Below, piece after piece: positions 1-9,716 of a DNA stretch of 64,000 nt (positions are counted from its first letter, which is position 1; each line of letters begins with the position of its first letter). The stretch is from NCBI GenBank assembly GCA_900553695.1, contig USEM01000003.1:5247-69246 (forward strand), in the 5' to 3' direction. Source of the stretch: an uncultured Clostridium sp. GTDB taxonomy: Bacteria; Bacillota; Clostridia; TANB77; CAG-508. A model generated the notes under the pieces. It was given only the letters and a program-made list of their open reading frames with translations, was not told where the DNA came from and did no database searches. The position numbers and the translations under genes were made by a program.

Positions 1-86
1 CCTGTAGTCATCATGACCAAAATAAAAGACATAGCTAGTATTGCAAGTACTACTAATCCCATAACTAAAATTTGTTTCTTTCTCAT
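1..86 (-). CDS. N-terminal fragment of a membrane/secreted protein; the gene runs off the left window edge
   Basis: ATG at 86 is preceded by AAAGGTGA. It translates MRKKQILVMGLVVLAILAMSFILVMMTTG (hydrophobic signal/anchor). It is truncated by the window edge. Confidence 0.4.
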   Translation of the reverse strand, partial: MRKKQILVMGLVVLAILAMSFILVMMTT

Positions 87-305
87 AATCAAATTTCACC
101 TTTCTTTTTATTTATTATTTGGTTTACAAAGTTTTACATAAAAACTTTACCTTAATTATATTAACATAATTTTCCTGTTTTGTAAAGTCTTTTTATGTAA
201 ATTTATCCAAAAATGTCAAAAAAATACAGAAATTTACATTATTTTAGGTTGTAAACTCCTGTATTTTTCTTTTGCTTAATATATATTATGTTTATTACTA
301 TTAAA

Positions 306-2075
306 TTATGCGAAATCTTTTACTTCTTCTTGAATTTTATTCATGAAATTTTCTATGCTCATTTGACCAATGTCTCCATCTTTTCTTGAACGTACACCAA
401 CTGCATTGGCTTCCACTTCTTTATCTCCTAGTATAAGCATGTATGGTATTTTTTGCATTGTTGCTTCTCTTATTTTGTATCCTATTTTTTCGTCTCTTTC
501 ATCTAATTCTACTCTAATATCTGCATTTTTCAATGATTCTTTTACTTTTCTTGCATATTCTCTATGTGTTTCTGATAGTGGTAAAATCTTTACTTGTACT
601 GGTGCTAGCCATGTTGGAAGTGCTCCCTTTGTTTCTTCTAGGTAGTATGCAATAAATCTATCTATACTTCCTAAAATTGCTCTATGAAGAACTACTGGTG
701 TTTTCTTGCTTCCGTCTTTATCAATATATGATAAATTAAATTTCATTGGTAAGCAGAAATCTAATTGACATGTTGATAATGTATATTCATTTCCAACTGC
801 TGGTTTAACTTGAACATCAAGTTTTGGTCCATAGAATGCTGCCTCTCCTATTTTTTCTTCGTATTCAATTCCTATATCGTCTAAAACGTGTCTTAATGTA
901 TCTTCTGCACTGTCCCACATTTCATCATCTGGGTGATATTTTACTTTGTCTGCTGGGTCTCTTAGTGATAATTCAAAGTGGTAATCTGTAATATTTAGTT
1001 CTTTATATACTTCTAGTATTAAGTCTACTACTGATTTGAATTCAGATTCTATTTGTTCTGGTGTTACAAATAGGTGTGCATCATTTTGGCAGAATGTTCT
1101 TACTCTTTCAATTCCTTTTAATGTTCCACTTGATTCAAATCTGCAATCTCTTGCAATTTCGCCTATTCTAATTGGTAAGTCTCTGTATGAATGAATTGTG
1201 TTTGCATATATCATCATATGATGTGGGCAGTTCATTGGTCTTAGAACAAATTCTTCTCCTTCAACTTCCATTTTAGGGAACATGTTATCTTTATAATGAT
1301 CCCAATGTCCTGATGTTTTATATAATTCTACTGATGCAAGTGGTGGTGTTAAAACGTGTTTGTATTCTAGTTTCTTTTCTTTTCTTTTGATATAGTTTTC
1401 TAATATTTCCCATACTGCATAACCATTTGGTAAATACATTGGAAGTCCTTTTCCTACTAGGTCATGTGTCATGAATATGTTTAATTCTTTTCCAAGTTTT
1501 CTATGGTCTCTTTGTTTTGCTTCTTCTAGTTTTTGTAAATACTCTTCAAGTTCTGAAGCTTTTGGGAATGATATTCCATAAACTCTTTGAAGTGATTTGT
1601 TTCTAGAATCTCCTCTCCAATATGCTGCAGATTTAGCTGTTAGTTTTATTGCTTTAACTTTTCCTGTTGATGGTAAGTGTGGTCCACGGCATAAGTCCAC
1701 GAATTCACCTTGTTTGTAGAAAGAAATAACTTCTCCGTCTGGAAGACCATTTATTAATTCTATTTTATATGGTTCTTCTCTTTCTTCCATTAATTTTATT
1801 GCTTCTTCTCTTGGAAGTTCAAATCTTTCGATTTTTAAATCTTCTTTTATTATTTTTTTCATTTCTTCTTCTAATGCTGATATATCCTCTTCTGTAAAAG
1901 GTGTTTCAACATCAAAGTCATAATAAAAACCTTTTTCTATTGATGGTCCTATTGTTAGTTTAGCTGTTGGGTATAGTCTTTTAACTGCTTGTGCTAAAAT
2001 ATGTGCAGTTGTATGCCAATATGTGCTCTCTTCAACTTCCATTGTTCTTCCACCATCTAATTTTATTCTAAACAT
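306..2075 (-). CDS. thrS: threonyl-tRNA synthetase (short N-terminus, TGS domain largely absent)
   Basis: 589-aa ORF with a class II aaRS core and ThrRS editing-domain motifs (HTTAHILAQAV, CRGPH, RPMNCPHH). SD AAGGAGAG lies upstream of the ATG. Confidence 0.95.
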   Translation of the reverse strand: MFRIKLDGGRTMEVEESTYWHTTAHILAQAVKRLYPTAKLTIGPSIEKGFYYDFDVETPFTEEDISALEEEMKKIIKEDLKIERFELPREEAIKLMEEREEPYKIELINGLPDGEVISFYKQGEFVDLCRGPHLPSTGKVKAIKLTAKSAAYWRGDSRNKSLQRVYGISFPKASELEEYLQKLEEAKQRDHRKLGKELNIFMTHDLVGKGLPMYLPNGYAVWEILENYIKRKEKKLEYKHVLTPPLASVELYKTSGHWDHYKDNMFPKMEVEGEEFVLRPMNCPHHMMIYANTIHSYRDLPIRIGEIARDCRFESSGTLKGIERVRTFCQNDAHLFVTPEQIESEFKSVVDLILEVYKELNITDYHFELSLRDPADKVKYHPDDEMWDSAEDTLRHVLDDIGIEYEEKIGEAAFYGPKLDVQVKPAVGNEYTLSTCQLDFCLPMKFNLSYIDKDGSKKTPVVLHRAILGSIDRFIAYYLEETKGALPTWLAPVQVKILPLSETHREYARKVKESLKNADIRVELDERDEKIGYKIREATMQKIPYMLILGDKEVEANAVGVRSRKDGDIGQMSIENFMNKIQEEVKDFA

Positions 2076-2087
2076 AATTATCTCTCC

Positions 2088-2691
2088 TTATTTTTCATAA
2101 ATTTCTTTTGAAACGATTTTAGTAAGTGCCATCATTACAGCATATTCTTCTAGTTCGTCTCTATATATTCTACCATTTGTAAGTACCCCAATGGCACCTT
2201 TTCTGCCTTTTGCAGTACTTCCAAATATATCATGCATAAATCCAATTTCTTCTCCTTGCAAAACTCTATCTACTGCGTTCTGTGGATATTCAAATGATGG
2301 ACTAAAACCTACATAATAATTTTTTCCATCATAAATTGCACATATGCTTGCATCCATATATTTAGTATCCACTTCTGCAACTGGATACATTCCTGCTTCT
2401 ATTCCTACTCCAAAGTTACATGTGCCGGCATCTTTCCTCTGCATGCTCAAAAGCATTTTTCGCACGGTTTTTTGCACCCTTTATAGTTTCTTCAAGAGTT
2501 AAAGGATTGCAAGAAACACCAGAAAAGTTATCCTTATCTTGTCCAATTTTATCATCAAGTCTTACTTCTTTTGGCATTATCATATATTCAATTTTATCGC
2601 CATTCTCAATCCACAATTCTGGGTATCTTGAAAAGGCTCTAGTAATTGCTGTTATTTTTGGTATACTTCTACTTCCTATTGAAATTAGCAT
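2088..2691 (-). CDS. YjjX/DUF84-type non-canonical purine NTP phosphatase, read through an in-frame CGG (2425-2427) with a +1 frame change
   Basis: ORFs 2416..2691 and 2088..2477 are the N- and C-halves of one about 200-aa DUF84-like protein. Skipping the C of TGC-CGG-C joins ...AFEHAEERC to GTCNFGVGIEAG.... Confidence 0.75.
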
Positions 2692-2767
2692 ATTTTACCT
2701 CTTTCCCTATTAAAATATTATACTACAAAATAGCTTAAAGTCAATAACTTTAAGCTATTAAGTTTTA

Positions 2768-3607
2768 TTATATTTCATCTGCGATCTTTGCAAATTCTTC
2801 TAATGTCAGTTTTTCTGGTCTTACTCTGTTATCTATACTTAGTAACTCTAATGTTTTACATATTTGTTCTTTACTTCCATATTTATTGCTATTTGCAAGT
2901 GCATTTAGAAGTGTTTTTCTTTTTTGCATGAATGCTGTTTTTATAACTTCAAAAAGTTTTTTCTCGTCTTTTACTGCAACTTTTGGTTCTTTTAAAACTT
3001 CTAAATTTATTACTGTTGAGTTTACTTTAGGCTCCGGAATAAATGCTGTGTTTGGCACTTCTAGTACTCGTTTTGGGTTTGTGTAGTAATGTATTGCATA
3101 TGTTATTGCTCCTGTATCTCCTGTACCTGGCTTAGTTACTAGCCTATCTGCAACTTCTTTTTGTATCATTACTGTTATTGTTTCTATGTCTAGCCTTTCC
3201 TCTAGCAACTTCATTATTATCGGTGTTGTTATATAGTATGGTAAATTCGCTACTATCTTTGTTGTTTTAACTTTTTCTTTTTCAATTAGTTCTTTTAAAT
3301 TTACTTTTAGAACATCATCATTTAATACTTTAAAATTATCATACATTGAAAATCTATCATTTAATATTTCTATCATTCTTTTATCTAATTCAATACATAT
3401 AACTTTTCCAGCTCTATCTAGTAGTTCTTTTGTAAGTGTTCCAAGTCCTGGCCCTATTTCTATTATTAAGTCATCTTTTGAAACATTGGCTGCATCAACT
3501 ATTCCTGATACAGTATCATCATCTATTAGAAAGTTTTGTCCTAAATTTTTATTTGCTGTTATATGGTATTTATCCATTATGAATTTTGTATCTTTTAAAA
3601 TACTCAT
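2768..3607 (-). CDS. rsmA: 16S rRNA (adenine1518/1519-N6)-dimethyltransferase
   Basis: 279 aa with the KsgA/RsmA SAM-binding motif (LIIEIGPGLGTLT) and NLPYYITTPI. A good SD is present. Confidence 0.95.
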   Translation of the reverse strand: MSILKDTKFIMDKYHITANKNLGQNFLIDDDTVSGIVDAANVSKDDLIIEIGPGLGTLTKELLDRAGKVICIELDKRMIEILNDRFSMYDNFKVLNDDVLKVNLKELIEKEKVKTTKIVANLPYYITTPIIMKLLEERLDIETITVMIQKEVADRLVTKPGTGDTGAITYAIHYYTNPKRVLEVPNTAFIPEPKVNSTVINLEVLKEPKVAVKDEKKLFEVIKTAFMQKRKTLLNALANSNKYGSKEQICKTLELLSIDNRVRPEKLTLEEFAKIADEI

Positions 3608-3709
3608 GTTTTACCTCTTTTCACATATATTTTATATTATTTAATACAAAAAGTAAAGTTTAATTGTAAATTAATTTTCGTTATGCTATAATTTTGATAG
3701 GTGATTTTT

Positions 3710-4609
3710 ATGTTTGAAGATATTAAAAAAAATAAAGTTAAATCTGGTTTTATCGTATCAGGTTTTATCATTATGATTACTTTAATTGTATATTACATTG
3801 CTATGGCTTTTGATTTTAGTGGTCCTATGGCAATTACTATTGCAATGATGTTTTCTATAATCACTGCTTTTGCTTCATATTACAACAGTGATAAAATAAT
3901 TTTATCAGTTACAAAGGCAAGACCTGCTAATCAAGAAGAAGATCTAAAACTTGTACATATTTTAGATGCACTTATGATTTCTTCTGGTCTTCCTGCTAGA
4001 CCTAGACTTTATGTTGTAGATGACCCTCAACCTAATGCTTTTGCAACAGGTCGTAATCCTGAACATTCTATTATTTGTGTTACCACAGGCCTTTTAGATA
4101 AATTAGAGTATTACGAATTAGAAGGTGTTATCGCGCATGAAATGAGTCATATTAAAAATTATGATATATTGTTAACTTCAGTTGTAACAGTTATGGTTGG
4201 TTTTCTAGTTATGATTTCTGACTTATTCTCTCGTTCTTTCTTTTGGGGTAGTTCTAAAGACAGAGATGATGATAGTAAAGGAAATGGAATTTTGATGTTA
4301 ATTGGACTTGTTCTTTTAATTGTTGCTCCACTTCTTGGTAAAATAATGCAAATGGCACTTTCTAGAAATAGAGAATATTTAGCAGATAGCACTGCAGTTG
4401 AAATTACTAGAAACCCTGATGGATTAATTTCTGCTTTAAGAAAACTAGATAGTGACCCTAATGAATTAAAGACTGCTAACAATGCAACTGCAAACCTATT
4501 TATTGTAAGTCCATTTAAAGCAAAAAAGAATGGAAAAAGAAAAGCAGGTTTATTCGATACTCACCCAAGTATAGATGATAGAATTGAATCTTTACAGAAT
4601 ATTCATTAA
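3710..4609 (+). CDS. htpX: M48 family zinc metalloprotease HtpX
   Basis: Multi-TM protein with the HEMSHIKNYD (HExxH) motif. The ATG at 3710 has AGGTGA 6 nt upstream, so it is preferred over the GTG at 3701. Confidence 0.9.
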   Translation: MFEDIKKNKVKSGFIVSGFIIMITLIVYYIAMAFDFSGPMAITIAMMFSIITAFASYYNSDKIILSVTKARPANQEEDLKLVHILDALMISSGLPARPRLYVVDDPQPNAFATGRNPEHSIICVTTGLLDKLEYYELEGVIAHEMSHIKNYDILLTSVVTVMVGFLVMISDLFSRSFFWGSSKDRDDDSKGNGILMLIGLVLLIVAPLLGKIMQMALSRNREYLADSTAVEITRNPDGLISALRKLDSDPNELKTANNATANLFIVSPFKAKKNGKRKAGLFDTHPSIDDRIESLQNIH

Positions 4610-4614
4610 AAACT

Positions 4615-4652
4615 AAAACAAGCAATACTTTTTTAGTACTGCTTGTTTTTTT
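4615..4652. terminator. bidirectional intrinsic terminator between htpX and the RNHCP gene
   Basis: 12-bp stem (acaagcaatact / agtactgcttgt, one mismatch) flanked by an A-run on the left and a T-run on the right. Confidence 0.6.
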
Positions 4653-4653
4653 A

Positions 4654-4972
4654 TTACATCATTTCACCATTTGAGCTTAGTTTAATTATTAAGTCCATAT
4701 TATCATCTTTTGCAGCTTTATTCCTTCTAATTGCTCCGACATTTTTGACACTTATATATTATTACATATCCCTTTTTAGGGCTAATCTCTATCCCAATTG
4801 GTTCTAACATTCCATGGCATTTTTCTGCTCTGTCTCCTGGGTTTTTATCAACATGCTTTGAATATAAGCAAATGTTGCAATGGTTTCTACATGAATAACC
4901 AAGTTTTGGCACTTCGTGCCCACAGTGTTCGCAAATAAATTTTTCATCAATTTCTGTAAATAAACTTTCCAT
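4654..4972 (-). CDS. RNHCP domain protein, C-terminus extended via CGG (4736-4738) +1 change
   Basis: Motif CRNHCNICLYSKHVD. The zero frame stops 3 codons after TGT-CGG. The +1 frame gives ...KCQKC-G-AIRRNKAAKDDNMDLIIKLSSNGEMM and stops at 4654, directly against the terminator. Confidence 0.75.
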
Positions 4973-6616
4973 TTAATTCTCCTTAAATATACTTCCACCA
5001 ATAAATTCTCTAAGTAAAGAATGTGTTGGCACTGCTTCATCTGGAATATCCTCAAAGTATGAAAGCATTGCAATTAATCGTTTTGCTTCTGAGTATAGTG
5101 GTGATGTTGCATCTATTTCTTTTAATAATGGAACTGCATATTTTTTAAGTACACTTAGTTCATATATTAAAGAAGAATTAAACATGCAATCCGCTTCTTC
5201 TTGGAATTTGAAAATGTTATTTACTTCACCTCTATTTACTGATGGCCACATTTCTAAAGTATGTGTTGCACTATATCCTCTAAAATTGTAATCTCTAACA
5301 ATTCTTCTAATAAGTCTTGTATCTGTTGTAGAAATTCTGTTATAGTAATCAATATTTAGAACTGTTAAGCAACTAATATATATCTTGAATTTTTGGTCTT
5401 TTGGAATTAGATATGTAAGGTCATCATTTAAGCAGTGAATTCCTTCCATTACTAATACTTCATCTGGAGCAAGTTTCATTTTATTGCCCTTATATTCTTT
5501 ATGTCCTGTATGGAAGTTAAATGTTGGTGCTTCTATTTCTTCACCTGCTAATAATTTTACTAAGTCACTATTTAATAGTTTTGTATCTATTGCATGAATG
5601 CTTTCAAAATCGAATTTTCCTTCTTCATCTACAGGTGTTTGTTCTCTTTCCACAAAATAATTATCAACAGAAATTATTACTGGTTTTAAGCCATTTAATC
5701 TTAATTGAAGTCCAAGCCTTTTTGCAAATGTTGTTTTTCCAGATGAAGAAGGTCCTGCTATTGCAATTAGCTTAATCTTTCTATTGCTTGCAATGCAATC
5801 TGCTATTGCTCCAATCTTTTTCTCATGTAAAGCTTCGTCTAGTAGAACATACTCCTGAATGTCGCCTTTTTTTACAATTGAATTTAATTTGTATAATGTA
5901 TTTACATTTAAAATTCTATGTAGCTTCTGATATTCCTCAAGTGTTGCAAATAGTTTTGGAGTATCTTGAAATTCTGATAATTCATATGGGTTATCTTTGC
6001 TTGGATATCTTATTAAAAAGCCGTCTGAATATTTTGTAATTTCATATGCTTCTGCAAAATCCGTTGATATTGGTAATACTCCATAAAAATAGTTGTAATA
6101 GTCTTCGCAATAATATAGTGTTACTTCCTTTTTTTGCTTTAAATCTAGTTGCAACTTGCCTTTTAATGTATTTTCTTTTTTATAGAATTCTTCCGCTTCG
6201 TCCTTTGTCATAAATCTTTTCTCGATTGGCAAATCTTGTTTTATTATTTCTTTTACTCTTTTATTTATGTTGCTTATAACTTCATTTGTAATTTTTAAAT
6301 TATCTACTGTACAATACATTGCATTTGAAAGTTGGTATTTTATTGTCATTAATGCACCTGGATAAACTTCGCTTATAGCTTTACTTATTATATATACAAG
6401 CCCTCTTCTATATATTCTCATTCCATCTTTGTTGTTCAAATCTATCAAATCTAATTTACCACTAGCTTTTATTTTAAAATTTAAGCTTTTTATTTCATTA
6501 TTAAATTTGCATGCAATAACTTTGCATTTGGCTTTTTGAATCTCGTCACCTAATAGTTCACTAACTGGTGTTCCTTCTTTTACGTCTATTACTATATTTT
6601 TATAATCAATTTGCAT
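4973..6616 (-). CDS. uridine kinase/PRK-family nucleoside kinase with an N-terminal TGS/ThrRS-like domain
   Basis: P-loop GPSSSGKTTFAKRL, with PRK family similarity in the C-terminal half. The start was moved to the ATG with AAAGGTGG upstream. Confidence 0.8.
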   Translation of the reverse strand: MQIDYKNIVIDVKEGTPVSELLGDEIQKAKCKVIACKFNNEIKSLNFKIKASGKLDLIDLNNKDGMRIYRRGLVYIISKAISEVYPGALMTIKYQLSNAMYCTVDNLKITNEVISNINKRVKEIIKQDLPIEKRFMTKDEAEEFYKKENTLKGKLQLDLKQKKEVTLYYCEDYYNYFYGVLPISTDFAEAYEITKYSDGFLIRYPSKDNPYELSEFQDTPKLFATLEEYQKLHRILNVNTLYKLNSIVKKGDIQEYVLLDEALHEKKIGAIADCIASNRKIKLIAIAGPSSSGKTTFAKRLGLQLRLNGLKPVIISVDNYFVEREQTPVDEEGKFDFESIHAIDTKLLNSDLVKLLAGEEIEAPTFNFHTGHKEYKGNKMKLAPDEVLVMEGIHCLNDDLTYLIPKDQKFKIYISCLTVLNIDYYNRISTTDTRLIRRIVRDYNFRGYSATHTLEMWPSVNRGEVNNIFKFQEEADCMFNSSLIYELSVLKKYAVPLLKEIDATSPLYSEAKRLIAMLSYFEDIPDEAVPTHSLLREFIGGSIFKEN

Positions 6617-6638
6617 AAATTCCACCTTTTACCTATCT

Positions 6639-7683
6639 TTATAAATTTTTCTCTTTTTGACCATCTTTACTAATTATTTGTATAATTGTGTCATAGTCTT
6701 CATTTATAGTATTAACAGCAATCCATTTTTTTACAACGTTTAAGTTGTCTAGTGCTTTCGCTTTTTTTATTGTTGTTTTATTTGTGCCATTATACTTTAT
6801 ACTCTTTACAGTATAATTTTCATAATCATTCATTACTGTATAATATATAGCATCTTCCTGCATGTTTATTTCCTTTAAGTTTGAATCTATTTTACATATT
6901 TTGGTTATTTTTTCGCCTTTTTTGTTCATCTTATATAAATACATTTCTTTATCTACATTGTCTTCTGTTCCTGTTACTAAGTAATAAATGTTCTTTCCTT
7001 TAACATATAAAGCTTGGCATTGCATTCCCGTATCAATTTTAGAAATCCTAGTTGCCTTTTTACCATTTAGTTTCATTGTTGCTATATATTGTGAACCTTC
7101 TATGCTATATATGTAGTATATCTTACTACCATCAATTTGATAATATGATATTTTTCTATCTGATATTTTTTCTCTATCTGTTCCATTTGTTCTTACTCTA
7201 TAAAGATTAGAATTTTTAAAATAATATACCCATTTTTCCATTGCTATAACTTGGCTTGCATCAACATCTTGTGCAAGAACTTCTTTTTTCTTGCCATTTG
7301 TTTTCATTTTTATTAAGTTATTTTGCCCTTCTTTTTCGTCTTTTTCTATGCAATATATGTAATTGTCTATAACATTTAAACCGCATGTATTTTCCATCAG
7401 ATATTTTTTTAGTATGTTTACCATTTTGCTTTACTTTGCATATGCCAATAGCTTCACTATTATCCATTTCAATATAATAAATCCAGCTGCCTTCTTGTGT
7501 AGCTATTCCATTGTTATAACTGTTTCCAGTTGAGTTTCCTTGTTTTGGTTCTTTAATACATGATGCAATTACAAGTATGGTAATTAGAACAATCAAGCAT
7601 GCCACAACTATTGAAGTTATTTTTTTATTATCTAAAATAGTGCCTTTAATTTTGTTTATATATTTCATGAAATTAAACTTCAT
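6639..7683 (-). CDS. membrane-anchored DUF5050-like beta-propeller repeat protein, read through CGG (7381-7383) +1 change
   Basis: N-terminal TM segment, then repeated NG..K.I......IYY units. ORFs 7318..7695 and 6639..7424 fuse at ATG-CGG-T to give ...ISDGKYM-G-LNVIDNYIYCIE. SD GGAGGAAATA precedes the ATG at 7683. Confidence 0.7.
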
Positions 7684-8939
7684 TATTTCCTCCATTTTCT
7701 ATTATATTTTTATTATCTATAATTCCTAATGTAAGCCAAAATAGTGGTGCTATTCCAATTGTACTAATGTTGAAAAATGCTTGTACTAGATAACTTCCTA
7801 TAATACTTAGTATTATGAAAATATCTTTTCTTTTGAATATATATTTTAGATTAGGAAATACAATTGCAATTAAAAATATCATATATACTATTCGTGCTGG
7901 TATTCCAAGTGTTACTGCAATATTTAAATATTCGTTATGTGCTTTATCTGGAATACCATTATGTGCTTTTATAAATTCAAAACTTTCTTCAGTTAAATTT
8001 TGCACAACACCACGTTTTAAGTTATCTGTCCCAACTCCTAGAATAGGATGTTTTCCGTATTATATCAATAACTATTTTCCAAATTTGTATTCTTCCAGAG
8101 CCAAGGTTTCCATTTGATATACCTGATTCTTTCATAATGCTAATATCATATTTTGTTATGTTTATTTTCCTTCTTAAGGAACTATTTTTTTGAGTGTATA
8201 ACATTGCAAAGATAGTTATAAAAGCAACAATTAATATAAAAATCCTTTTAATGTATTCTTTTTTATAGTTCTTTTTCAAATAAGCAATTAATACAATACT
8301 AAAAGCAATAAATGCAACCCAACCACTTCTAGCATTGCATGCTATCAAACAGAAAAAAGTTGTTAATGCAGTAACTAGACTTACTTTGTCATCATCTAAT
8401 ATATATAATATTATAAATAATGGTAATCCTATACTTGTAAAGTTGCCCATAAAGTTCTTATTTCCAAATGTTCCACACACACCTTTATTAAAAATTGGTA
8501 TTAATGAACTATCTGGATAAACTACATAATTTTGTATTATCCCAATTACACCAATTATCATATATAAAACTTCCATAATTCTTATTAATGTCATTTTTTT
8601 ATAATTTAAAAACTTCTTTGCACACATATATATTACTATATAAGTATATAAAGCTAGTATTCCTTCATATCTGTTTTTCTCACCAATTATGGATATTAAA
8701 ATATTTTTTGAATTAATAGTACTTAAGAAAACTAAAAACCCGAAAATTAAAATTATATAATCCTTTTTATCTAATTTTAATTTTTTATAATTTGCAAGCA
8801 TTAGAATTAAAAGTGCTGCTCCACATACGAGTAGTGTATATATTTTTATAATATTATATTGTTCATCACTTGGAATTATCACTATAGCTGTTACTATAAT
8901 TTGCATAAGTAATACAATGTTAATTAACTTGTCCTTCAT
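7673..8939 (-). CDS. O-antigen ligase/polymerase (Wzy_C) family membrane protein, read through CGG (8055-8057) +1 change
   Basis: Polytopic membrane ORF 8022..8939 plus 7673..8005 (AHNEYLNIAVTLGIP motif). Skipping the C of ATA-CGG-A gives ...IDII-G-KHPILGVGTDNLKRGVVQNLTEES.... Confidence 0.75.
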
Positions 8940-9034
8940 TTGTGCTCCTGTTTTTTTGCTTATATTATATATCTATAAAACAATAGTGTCAATGAAAATA
9001 AATGATTTTCAAAATATTTTTATTTTCACTAACA

Positions 9035-9712
9035 CTATGGTTTTTCCATTTCTAAATATGTTGTTGGAACATCTCCCATTATTACAGTTTCTACTAGCAA
9101 TACTTGATTTTGTATTGTTTCTTGCATTGTTTTATATGATGTAAGTATTGAAACATTACACTCTAAATTCAAATATATTCTATAAACTGTTTGGTTTATT
9201 CCTGCAGATTCAAATTCTGTTTTAATATCTGTTGCAATTTGCCCTGCTGATATAATCTTAATTTTTATTCTCGGTCCACTTCCTGCAAGATATTTTATAC
9301 CTGTTAAACTTCCTATTGGAATTTCTATTGTTTGTTTACTTATATCATTTAATTCATTTTGAATTTCTATTGCTATATCTGATGCTATTTCATTTATTGT
9401 TACTATATCTGTTTTTAATACACTATTTTTTCCATCTTCAGTTTTTATCATTTGTACTGTGTCTTTATAATTATATCTTGCAAGTACATCTGTTGACTTT
9501 CTATTTGTTATATCTGTTGCTATGCTTTGTGCTTTTGCTTTGCATAGTCCTTCAAAAATTGGATCCATAGATTTTAAAATTTTGTAACTTGTTATGCTTG
9601 AAATTACAAGCATTAAAATCATAAAAAACATCTTTTGTATCTTTAAACTATTTTCTCTATTGTTTTTAATTTGTGGCAATCTTATTTTATGCCTTGAATA
9701 GATTTTATCCAT
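9035..9712 (-). CDS. yunB: sporulation protein YunB
   Basis: 225 aa with an N-terminal TM segment and family-typical IPIGSLTG...GP...I/INQTVYRIYL motifs. Confidence 0.8.
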   Translation of the reverse strand: MDKIYSRHKIRLPQIKNNRENSLKIQKMFFMILMLVISSITSYKILKSMDPIFEGLCKAKAQSIATDITNRKSTDVLARYNYKDTVQMIKTEDGKNSVLKTDIVTINEIASDIAIEIQNELNDISKQTIEIPIGSLTGIKYLAGSGPRIKIKIISAGQIATDIKTEFESAGINQTVYRIYLNLECNVSILTSYKTMQETIQNQVLLVETVIMGDVPTTYLEMEKP

Positions 9713-9716
9713 TTTT

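Noticed and set aside
2076-2087. Expected T-box leader upstream of thrS.
   Set aside because: Only 12 nt separate thrS from the preceding gene, which leaves no room for a leader. thrS appears to be co-transcribed with the upstream genes.
7404-7410. Homopolymer (T7/A7) indel or transcriptional slippage as the cause of the split DUF5050-like gene. The same idea applies to the A7 tracts at 25974-25980 and 32429-32435 inside the VirB6-like overlaps.
   Set aside because: Shifting at the A-runs gives poorer junction sequences. All of these junctions, and every other split gene, are resolved precisely by the CGG a few codons away. In 12 of 16 cases the extra base is a C that does not extend a C-run.
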